Of a stretch of DNA of 64,000 nt, positions 53,896 to 64,000 are shown in pieces. The DNA is from the human T2T-CHM13v2.0 reference genome, Homo sapiens. The stretch lies in assembly GCF_009914755.1 (NCBI RefSeq), contig NC_060930.1. One strand, given 5' to 3'. The position numbers were made by a program, and so were the translations under genes. Positions within the stretch are counted from its first letter, which is position 1. Every line of letters starts with the position of its first letter. The notes below the pieces were generated by a model. That model was given only the letters and a program-made list of their open reading frames with translations, was not told the origin of the DNA and did not search any database.

Positions 53896-55634
53896 CTAGG
53901 CCAGCCAAAGGGTCAGTGGGTTGGTCCAGGGGTCCTCCATAGAAGTTGTAGTTGAGCTCACTTGGGGTTCCATTTGTAACACCATCTGTAACTTGATGGC
54001 ATCAATCCTGGAGGAAACAAATTTGACAAGGAGGTTAAAAACACAAGGCCCAAGTGTGAGATGAGTAATAGCAAGATGGCTGTCACAGGACCTAGAAAGG
54101 GGAGAAGCCATGTCTCCCAACTCCAGAGGTTGGCATAAGAGTTTGAAAGACATTGTCTGATTTCAGAAGCCTTTTCCTGTAAACAGCCGGTGGCATCTCA
54201 TACTGTCCCTGACTGGTTAGTGTAAAAGAAACACTCCACCCCTAAGAAGGTGCAGAGTCCTCCTTTCTCAGCAGTGAGGAGGTCTAGGCCTCAGCAGTTC
54301 TGGAGAGTCACTGCTGCCAAAGAGTCTATTTGGGATTGTAGAGTAAGGATAGGTTTTGTTATTTCTTGTAAACTGTCTGAGAAATCTTTTGAGAGTGTGT
54401 GGTAGTAGGATAGTGAAGTAGATAAACTGGCTATTCTGGTTCCTATAGCAGTGGCATTCCTAACCCTATAAGTAGAGGTGTTAGACGTATGGCCCTGTGC
54501 TGATGGACTTGAGCTTTGAGTGGAAATGATAGGGTCTGATTTCCTGGGGCAATGTTAATGTTGGGACTCAGGAAGACTGAGGTGCAGGTGCCTGTCCAGT
54601 TGGTGGAGAGGCAGATATAGGTTGAAATTACACATAAGAAGAATATGCCTTGGCTGGGTAGACAGAACTGGTTGTGTATGTTAACAAGGTGTGTGAGTTT
54701 GTTGTTTTCATTTTCTCATACTCCTAGAGTACTTGCCAAGGTAGCTCCAGTGAGCAGCTGGAAAGGGGTGTTGGGAGCAAACTGAGTGGCTCCCTGTGTT
54801 CTATTTTCCCATTGGAGAAAAAACCTTTTTGTATCTACTAGGAACCATTTGAGAGAGTGATTGAAAGAGGGGATGAGAAGGCATTCAGTAGTGGTGGGGG
54901 TGCTGCTGCAGGAGGTCCGGGGGTGAATGGTCATGCAGGGAGTATGTTTGCCATTACAAAACCTGGACTGTTTGTTAAGCAGGGAGGAGGTGATGATTTT
55001 TGGTGGCCCTGAGAAGTCTTTTGAATGGAGCTGTTTGGGTGACTTGGAAGTTGCTATGATCAGTTAGGGCTTGAAGTTGTAGGGTGTAATTACACTGATG
55101 GGACAGTAGGTGCCCCAGGGGCAGGCCTAATAACAGGCTGTATTGGATGCATAAAGGAGCTTGGAAAGTTAAGATGGTATTCATGGTTACAGGGCCATGT
55201 ATGGGCTTTTCATTGCTTGTGTAATAGGTGAGGTTGGAAATGTAAGAACGTAAAAGTTGGATTGCACATCCTATTAGGGTATTCTTGGTCCTATCAGAGA
55301 CGGGGAAGTCAGCTAATGATTGCATATTTAGAAGTTGGAAGGGTCTTTTCCCTCATAACAAGGGTGGTAGGTTAAATTAGTAAAGACCCAGTTTTTTGCA
55401 GGAACAGGAATGGCAACGTAAGCAGTGGTTGATAGAGAGATACAAAGCCAACAGTCATTTGCCAGGGAAGGATTGGACTGGTTTAACAGAGAGTGGGTTG
55501 AAAGTCTTGTAGAGATAATTAGGAGCTAGTGGAAGGGGAGGGGCAACTGTCTGGGGCATCCAAGGAAGTGGGAGGGATAGATAGGCAAAGAGTAAGTAGG
55601 AAGGTAAAGAGGGCGACCTGGAACATGAGATCAT
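53896..55634 (-). pseudogene. env: ERV envelope, disrupted
   Basis: Signal-like start MISCSRSPSLPSYLLFAYLSL, DCWLC motif, immunosuppressive domain [19 protein letters not shown] tail GPCVFNLLVKFVSSRI. Confidence 0.9.
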
Positions 55635-55649
55635 TTTATCCAGTCTGAG

Positions 55650-55811
55650 TTAAAGGTAGGAGTAAATTGCTGTCAGAAGAAAGGATGATAGAAAGAAGGT
55701 TGATGTGATTAGGATTTTAATCCCAGCAGGAGCTACAGTATATAGTCCTATTGCAAAGAGCATGGTTAGTATGCTGCTTATTAATATGATGAAACAGTAA
55801 AAGGATTCCAT
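55650..55811 (-). CDS. Intact 53-aa hydrophobic ORF between pol and env (putative two-TM peptide)
   Basis: Hand translation: MESFYCFIILISSILTMLFAIGLYTVAPAGIKILITSTFFLSSFLLTAIYSYL*. Confidence 0.5.
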   Translation of the reverse strand: MESFYCFIILISSILTMLFAIGLYTVAPAGIKILITSTFFLSSFLLTAIYSYL

Positions 55812-55863
55812 TAAAGGAGCAGGGAGAGATGTTAAAGATTATGTAGGTTTTCACTTATCTTTT

Positions 55864-58800
55864 TTAAGGTGGAAGGGGTTTTTCCTCAGGATCAGTGGTA
55901 GAAGCCTTTTTAGTCTGGGATGTTTCCTTCTGAAATAGGAGATGCAAGTCCTCCAATGGTTCACAGGTGTATCGAGGCTGGTCTGGCTGATCTTGGGACC
56001 CCTGAGCTGTCGATCCCGCAGTTTCCTCAGGGGGTGTCCAAACTTCAACTTGGGTGTGGTGAATCCAAGATTCCACTCCTGCCACCTTAACTGCAGTGGG
56101 GGTAGAGAGGATTACTGAGTATGGTCCTTCCCACAAAGAATCCATAGATGGGGCAGCAGAGGGGAGGGATTTGACCAATACTAGATCTCCCAGTTGAAAC
56201 AACTCCATTCCCTCTTCTCTGTGACATCCTTCAGGTAAGTTTTTGAGGTTTCATTGATATTTTGCCAAAGAAGTTATATCTTTGACCAAGTTGGCCATTT
56301 CCTGATCAAGTAGGAGGTCGTTTATGAGAAAAGGTCGTCCATACAGCATTTCATTGGACTGAGCCCCATTTTTTGAGGAGAATTTTGTATTCTCAACAAG
56401 GCCATGGGCAAGACAGTAGGCCATGTGAGATGAGTTTCTTGTGTTAATTTCCTTAAGTGCCTCTTGAGTGTGTTTCATTTGCCTTCTCACCCTTCCCTGA
56501 GGATTATGGCCTCCAGGCGCAGTGAAGGTGATATTGTATCCCTAGTGCCCTGGAAATTCCCTGCGTTATTGTGGCTTTACAAGCCAGACCACTGTCACTT
56601 TGTAAGCTTTGAGGAAGCCCAAATCTAGGAATTATTTCATGAATTAGGACTTTAACCACTTCCTGAGCCTTCTCTGTCTTGCAGGGGAAGGCTTCTATCC
56701 AAGTTGTAAAGGTATCAACACAGACCAACAAGTATTAAAATCCCTTTGACTTAGGCATACGGGTGAAGTCTAACTGCCAGTCCTCTCTGGGATAGTGACC
56801 TATTCCTTGTTCCCCCAGAGGGGCCTTATGATGGACCAAGGGATTATTCCTTTGGCACATCTCACAGGCTTTGACTACTTTGTTGGATGGTCCAGAGGAG
56901 ATTTGGTGCTGAAAACAGGGATTTGGCCATTTGACGAGTGTTCTCAAGACCCATGTGAAAAGTTTGGTGGAGGGTTTTAAGTATTTTCCACTGGCTGGCT
57001 TCAGGTATGAGTACCTTTCCCTCTTCCATCATTAACCACCCCGAGGGGAGAAAACTATGCCCTCATGAAAGTCCCCATTCTGTTTCAGTCAGGGAATACT
57101 GGGGCTTCATCTCTTGGAGAGGGTTGTTCCATACCAAGGGTCCTCCCATGGGAATTTCTAATGGAAGGTTCCATCTGGCACCAAATTTGGCCTCAGTGTT
57201 TGCCCAACAGTTTCCTTCTGCCTTTTCTCCTTTACTTTTTTGATGGCTTTGGCAGTGTAAGACTGCCACCTCCTTGGGTTTTTGCCCTGCATGCAATAAC
57301 TCCATGATTTCCTTGTGGTATTTAATGGGGGTTCCCCCAGAGGTTAGGAACTCCCTTTCTTTCCACATTGCAGCATAGGTATATAGGATTACATAAGCAT
57401 ACTTGCTATCTGTATACACATTTATTCTCTTTCCCTTTCCCAGTTCTAAGGTTTGGGTAAGTGCCACTAGTTCTGCTAACTGGGCTCTGGTCCCTGGGAA
57501 AAGAGGCTTACTTTCAATTACTGTTACATCACTAACTATGACATAACCTGCCCTACATATCCCATTCTGCACAAATGAACTTCCATCAGTATATAGGTTA
57601 AGGTCAGCATTAGCGAAGGGGACTTCTAAGAGATCCTCTCAGGTGGCATAAGTCTGGACTATAATTTGTTGGCAGTCATGCTTGATTGGTTCCCCATCCT
57701 GTGGGAGAAAAGTGGCAGGGTTGAGGGCTGCACATATGCATATTTGAAGCACCAGTCCCTCAAGGAGTAGTGCCTGGTATCTGAGCAGGCAGTTGTCTGA
57801 TAGCCATAAACTTCCTTTGACACCTAGTATGCCATTTACATCATGTGTAGTCCAGACGGTGAGATCCTTTCCTTGTATTATTTTGATAGCCTCTGATACT
57901 AAGATGTCCACCACCACAACTACCTGTAAACAGTGAGGCCAGCTTTTTGCTACTACATCAATTTCCTTACTTAAGTATGCCACTGGTTGTGGGGTTGTCC
58001 CATGAGTCTGAGTAAGGACTCCACAAGCTATTCCTGCTCTCTCTGTGATGTATAAAGAGAAGTATTGTCCTGTAGGAAGGCTTAAAGCTGGAGCTTGTAC
58101 TAGGGTCTTCTTTAAGGTCTTGAAGGCTGTTTCTGCCTCTGGTTCCCATTCTACTAGATGAGCATTTGCCCTATGGGTCTCCTTGATTAGAGTATGGACT
58201 GCCCTGGCCATCTCGCTGTATTCGGGGATCCATAGTCAGCAAAAGCCTGTGATTCCAAGGAACCTCAACAACTGTTTTAATGTCTTAGAGTGAGAATAAG
58301 CCAGTATAGGCTGTATTCATTCCTTGTTGGTGGCCCTTGTTCCTCTGGCTAAGATTAGGCCTAGATATTTGACTTGTCGTAGGCAGAGTTGTGCCTTCAA
58401 TTTAGACACCTTGTACTCTTGATTAGCTAGAAAATTTAAGAGATCTAGGCTAGCCTGCTGGTATGAGGCTTCCAAACTGGTAGCCAAAAGTAAATCATTT
58501 ATATACTGAAGGACTAGAGTGCCTGGACTTCAGAAGTGGCCTAAATCTTGGGCCAGTACCTGACCAAACAGATGAGGGCTATCCCTAAACCCTTGGGGCA
58601 AGACTGTCCATGTAAGTTGGGACATGTGGTCTGTGGGATCCTCAAAGGCAAAGAGAAACTGAAAGTCAGAGTGCAGGGGAATACAGAAGAAGGCATCCTT
58701 GAGGTCCAGAACCATGAACCATTCTGCTTCCTCTGGTATTTCAGGGAGCAGAGTATAGGGGTTAGGTATAACTGGATATAGAGGAATTACTGTCTCATTG

Positions 58801-59438
58801 AAGAGTCTAAGATCTTGCACTAGTCAACTGACCGTTCAGTTTTTGTACCCTAGAATTGGGGTGTTGCAGGGACTGCTGCATTTTCTTACTAAGCCTTGAG
58901 CTTTTAAATGTCTAACAATACCCTGTAATCCTTTATGAGCTTCAGGCTTTAAGGGATATTGCCTTTGATAAGGAAAAGTGGTGGGGTCTTTTATTCTGAT
59001 TTGGACTGGGTGGACACTTTTTTTCCCTTCTGAATTGTCCTTCCAGTGCCCAGACTTCAGGGTTGATTCCCTCCTCAAGCAGGAGACAACAAATGGGTAA
59101 CTTGTTCCCCATATTCATGCAGATAATAGCTCCAGCTTTGGCTAATATGTCCCTCCCTAATAAGGGTGTGGGACTTTCAAGCATAACAAGAAAGGCATGT
59201 GAAAAGAGCAAAGTCTCCCAGTTACAACTAAGGAGGTGGGAGAAATACCTGGTTACAGGCTGTCCCAGGATTCCGTGGATGGTAATGGACCTAGAGGACA
59301 GCTGTCAGGAACAGGAGACTAACACTGAGAAAGCCATGCCAGTGTCCAGGAAGAAGTCAATTTCCTGGCCCTCATTGGTTAAATGTACCAGGGCTCAGTG
59401 AGGGTGAGGACATGAGTTGGTGCTTGCCCCAGGCACCC
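55864..59438 (-). pseudogene. pol: ERV pro-pol (protease, RT, RNase H, integrase with GPY/F), disrupted
   Basis: PTPLLGRDIL, DLKDAFF, LPQGF, catalytic motif decayed to YIND, AQLAELVAL, YTDSKY, WQLDFT, WEGPY. Confidence 0.93.
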
Positions 59439-60891
59439 TCAGTTCTGTTGTTGGATCATCTGGTTGGGGCTTCTGGCCCAGAGAACCTTTGACCTCTGGG
59501 GCAGTGTGCCTTCCAGTGATTGCCTCGGTATAGTGGACATGGATGAGGGGTCAGCTTGCTTATCATTGGACAATCTTTTTTAAAGTGTCATTGCAAACCA
59601 CACTGATAACAAGCCCCACCAGGTGGTTGGCCTGCTCCATTCTCTGTCCTCTTTGAGCCACCAAGGTTTGTTTGTCTGAGGACCATGAATAAGGCTGCAG
59701 CCTTTCTCTGATATTGTTTTCTTTTTGGCCTATTCTTCTTGGTCCCTACTATAGAACACTGAGGTTGCCAGGTTTAATAATGCCTCCAGATTTTGTTCAT
59801 GGCCCAGGACTCACTTTTGGAGCTTTCTCCTGATATCTGTGGCTGACTGGGTAATAAACTTACCTTTTAGGATCAATTGACCTTTGAGGGAGTCAGGTGT
59901 CAGGGGAGTATATTTTCTTAGGGCCCCCCATAGCTGCTCAAGGAAGGCGGAAAGATTTTCTTCCTTTCCCTGAGTTATGGTGGACATCATTGACTAATTC
60001 ATGGGCTTTTTCATAATTCTCCTTAGTCCTTCTAGAACAAAAGTCAACATATGTTTATGACTCTAGTCCCCATGATCCGAGTCTAGGTCCCAGTGGGGAT
60101 TCATACTGCAGATGGCTTGCTGACTGGTAGGGAATTTGTCCCTTTCTTTGGCTGTAATTCTATCATTTACTTGACTAAGATATCAAATATCTCCAAGCTC
60201 TCAGGCTGCAGCTAAAGTCACATTCTTTTCATTAAAGGCCAGGGTTTGATCTAACAATATCATGACATCTCTCCAAATGAGGTCAAAGGTTTGCCCTAGA
60301 CCCTGTAGGATATCTATGTACCTATCAGGATCATCTGAAAACTTCCCCAGGTCTGCCTTGATCTGCTTTAAATCAGAGAGGGAGAAGGGGACATGTACCT
60401 GGGTTGGGCCAAATTCCCCTCCCCCTACAGCTTGAAGGGGACATAACCAATAGCCCAGGGGTTTTTGTGGTCCCTTGGAGATTTATTTGCTTGTTTCCTT
60501 CTGGGTGGGGAGACTAGAGGAGCCTTATCATTAATAGGAAGGGGATCTGTAAGGAGGCTAGGATATGGAGGTAAGTTGAGAGGTCCTCCTGTGGGATGTA
60601 AATTGCAAGTTTGCATAGTTGTGGATTATCCTTCAATAAAAGAAAGCTTGGACATGAGGTATTTCACTCCATTTGCCTTCCCTCTTACAGAAAAGGTTAA
60701 GCTGCAGGATAGTATTGTAATTTATACTTCCCTCAGGTGACCATTTTTTCACATCAGAGAGAATATTGGGGCCAGGACGTAGTGCAGAGAAAAATGAGCC
60801 ATATCTTTTTCAGAGTTTGTGGGTCAAATTGGTCCCAATGGCTTAGGATGCATTTCAAGGGTGAGCCTGTTGATGCCTGAGTGTTTCCCAT
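59439..60891 (-). pseudogene. gag: ERV gag, disrupted
   Basis: ATG-GGA start at 60891, MHR-like TQGKEENLSAF, zinc-knuckle remnant CYQCGLQ*HFKKDC, TGA at 59439-59441. Confidence 0.88.
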
Positions 60892-62068
60892 CTGAAAGAA
60901 AAAACTGCCCACCATTTTGGTTTGTTTGTCTCCCCCTCACTGGCCCTAGAACCCACAATGGTCCCTGGACCCTGCTATTCAGAATAGTTGTGCTCACTGA
61001 AGCAGCAGCAGAAACACTGGTTTTCCTCGTAGACCACAAAGAGGACCAAGGAAGGTGGGATTTAGTGGCCCTTACCGACACATTCTCAAAAATCTGCACC
61101 CTTGCCTTTCCTCTCAGACCACAAAGAGGACCAAGAAAAATCAGATTTAGTGGTCCTTACCAACACATTCTCAAAAACCTATTAGAGTCCCAAGCATTTT
61201 CTCCTGTTAGTATTGGGACCTTACCTCTGTCCTATAAAGATGATATGCCCCAAAAATGGAGTGGAGGGCCACACCCTAAGGGAGGGAAGGGATCTCCAGG
61301 ATCCCTTCAGGATTCCAAGGGATCTTCCCTTGGAAGAGTGACACCTTTTGTCCTCACTTCTCATCACATGAATAGGAAGGATATCATTTCTGAGGCTCCC
61401 CATATCCTAGCTTCAGAAATAGCCTTTGTTAGGCCTGCTAGTCTGAGGAGGGATCCTAAAATTCCAGATAGTCTCCCCCAACTCCCAGTGGGGCTTTGGG
61501 CAAAAACTAAGTCTTTCTGATTGGTGAGCCTGGGTGCCTAAAGAAAGGAACAGAGTCCCAAAATTTATACTAGAAATCATTCTTATAGGAGAAACTAGAA
61601 AAGCACCAGAGACAGGGAGTGGTTTTTAGAAGCGGGACTAGCCTCGGAAAAGAGAGGCAGGAGGAAATTTGTCTGAAAAGCATTAGGACCCAGGAGGCAA
61701 GGGTCAAGTTAGATAGGATAGATGGGCAAGTCTTGCTTAGATGACTTGACTTTGAGAGCTCTGCTCATGGCTATAGGGTCAACCAACATTTTATCAGGAC
61801 CCTGGAGCTGAATGGCTTTCCTTTCTGTTGACACTCAGTTCAGCCCAGAAGTACAGGAAAAGTTTAAGCTGTTTCCAGGCAAACCAATGCTACCAACTCC
61901 GAAGAGTCAGGAATAGTTAGAGAGCTCTTTCCCAGAAAGCCTGACACCCATGTCTTTAGTCCTGCAGCCATGCTAGTCATTTTTAGCCGGCTGATAGGTG
62001 CCCGGTGTTTAGCCCCCAAATTCTGAGGAAAAATAGGAGAAAATAGCAAGCAAAATGGGTCCAATTGT

Positions 62069-62077
62069 ACTCACCAC
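62069..62077 (-). promoter_or_regulatory. Major splice donor of the provirus
   Basis: GTG|GTGAGT just downstream of the PBS. Confidence 0.65.
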
Positions 62078-62085
62078 TTGGAAAT

Positions 62086-62103
62086 ATTCCAGATGAGCCC
62101 CCA
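62086..62103 (-). other. Primer-binding site, tRNA-Pro type
   Basis: TGGGGGCTCATCTGGAAT vs canonical TGGGGGCTCGTCCGGGAT (15/18), 3 nt after the 5' LTR. Confidence 0.85.
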
Positions 62104-62106
62104 AGA

Positions 62107-62554
62107 TGTGTCTGGAGTTGGTTCCTTCTGGTGGGTTCGTGGTCTCACTGACTTCAAGAATGGAGCCATGGACCTTTGCAGTGAGTGTTACAGCTCTTAA
62201 AGATGGCATGGACCTGAAGAGTGAGCAGCAGCAAGATTTATTGTGAAGAGCTAAAGAACAAAGCTTCCATAGTGTGGAAGGGGACAAGAGGGTTGCCACT
62301 GCTGGCTGGGGTGGCCAGCTTTTATTCCCTTATTTGTCCCTGCCCATGTCCTGCTGATTGGTTCATTTTACAGAGCACTTATTCGTCCAATTTACAGTGT
62401 GCTGATTGGTCTATTTTACAAACCTCTAGCCACAGAGCACTGATTGGTGCATTTTTACAGAGTGCTGATTAGTGCATTTTATAATCCTCTTGTAAGACAG
62501 AAAAGTTCTCCAAGTCCCCACCCAACCCAGAAGTCCAGCTAGCTTCACCTCTCA
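62107..62554 (-). promoter_or_regulatory. 5' LTR (LTR12F-like)
   Basis: Direct repeat of 53311-53764; CCAAT repeats and an AATAAAA TATA-like box. Confidence 0.92.
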
Positions 62555-62886
62555 GCATCTGGTGGTCTGCTGGTGGCAGATCCTGTACGTGCCCTAAATA
62601 CAAAAAGGAAGGACTCTGTGCAGGCTGTCTTGAATAGGGATTGCCTAAGCACTGGGAGAAGCAGAGTTTGCAGACAGGAAAGGAGCAGGAGGGCAGAGGT
62701 GGAAGATCTAGGAAGCATCAGCAAGATAAACCTTTGAAATATTAGTGTATCATTGTGGAAAACAAGACCCATCTCCTTGGTGAAAAAACCAGGAAAGTCC
62801 AGGGATGAAGGCAGAAGTCATCCAGAACCATGTTTATGGTTCCCAGAAATGCTGGGGAAATAATTTTATTTTAAAAAGGAAATTCA

Positions 62887-63187
<301 letters not shown>

Positions 63188-63406
63188 AAAAAGGAAATTC
63201 AGTGTAGCCCTCTTTATAAGACAGTTAAACTAAAATCAGCTAATTACATTTTCCAAAATGACACACTTTGACCTTTGAGATGCTCTGAGAGTCTCCTCTG
63301 AGAATCAGAGAAGATATGTTAACTAGGAAGCCATCCATCAGTGTGGAAGGATGGATTGCTAGAAATTTACTCTGGCCTGATCTTACATGCTGAGGTGAAC
63401 TCTGGC

Positions 63407-63645
63407 AAGGCTGAGTATCCCTAATCTGAAAATCTGAAATCTGAAGTGCTCCAAAATCCAACACTTTTTGAGAGCTGACATGATGCTCAAAGAAAATGTT
63501 TATTAGAGCATTTCAGTTTTATTTTTATTTTTTGGATTAGTGAAGTTCAACTGTTGTAACTGCAAATATTGCAAAATCCAAAAAGAAAGCTAAAATTCAA
63601 AACACTTCTGATCCCAAGCATTTTGCATAAGGGATACTTAACCTT
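63407..63645. mobile_element. Tigger4a/MER46-like DNA transposon
   Basis: TIRs ggctgagtatcccta / aagggatacttaacc; ctgaaaatctgaaatctgaa. Confidence 0.8.
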
Positions 63646-64000
63646 AGTCCCAGAAAATCCAACTCATTCCAATATGAGTGACAACAAAAGGAATAAACAA
63701 GCATCAATAAAAGTTACAATACAAAATTTTCTATAAATGAGGAAGACTCACCAAAAAAAAAAAAAAAAAAAATCACAAAGCAGATGAACACTGTAGCCCT
63801 CTTAATGAAAGATCAAAGCATGAAGGAAGGTTATAGGACAGAAATAAAAGAATTTGGAGAAAAGATGCTCAAAGACCAGGGATGATCTCTATTAAAAAAA
63901 CATGATAAAATAGGAAATGGAACAATTTCAGAAAAATAGACACCAAAATCACTTCAGAAATGAAGAAAAATTATAAGGAACTCAATGGGGAATAGATCCT

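Larger units (their letters stand above)
53311..62554 (-). mobile_element. Complete decayed class I ERV provirus of the ERV9/HERV-W supergroup (LTR12F-like LTRs)
   Basis: Two LTRs of about 450 bp, PBS, leader, gag-pro-pol-env, PPT; 4-bp TSD ccat/gcat. Confidence 0.95.

Noticed and set aside
53896-55634. Syncytin-like domesticated env
   Set aside because: Multiple frameshifts and a stop within the immunosuppressive domain.

Overview
This is AT-rich primate DNA (hominoid-like, judged from an AluY and an L1PA3-type element) that is mostly interspersed repeats. It contains about ten L1 pieces, including a full-length L1PA5/6-type copy (46070-52237, -) and a near-full-length, internally deleted L1PA3-type copy (28788-34038, +). 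It also has seven Alus, MaLR/ERVL LTRs, DNA-transposon relics and a complete but decayed ERV9/HERV-W-supergroup provirus with LTR12F-like LTRs (53311-62554, -). No intact, recognisable host gene is present, and most ORF-track entries are repeat-derived. Most notable observations: (1) an intact 53-aa, two-hydrophobic-segment ORF between pol and env, in frame with env and missed by the ORF track; (2) a tRNA-Pro PBS on an ERV9-type backbone; (3) a displaced L1 fragment that fills the gap of a neighbouring 5'-inverted L1; (4) a short L1 with a 42-bp TSD and a templated junction; (5) a hand-assembled, phase-compatible chain of possible decayed host exons on the + strand. All repeat subfamily names are from recalled consensus sequences and need RepeatMasker/Dfam confirmation.
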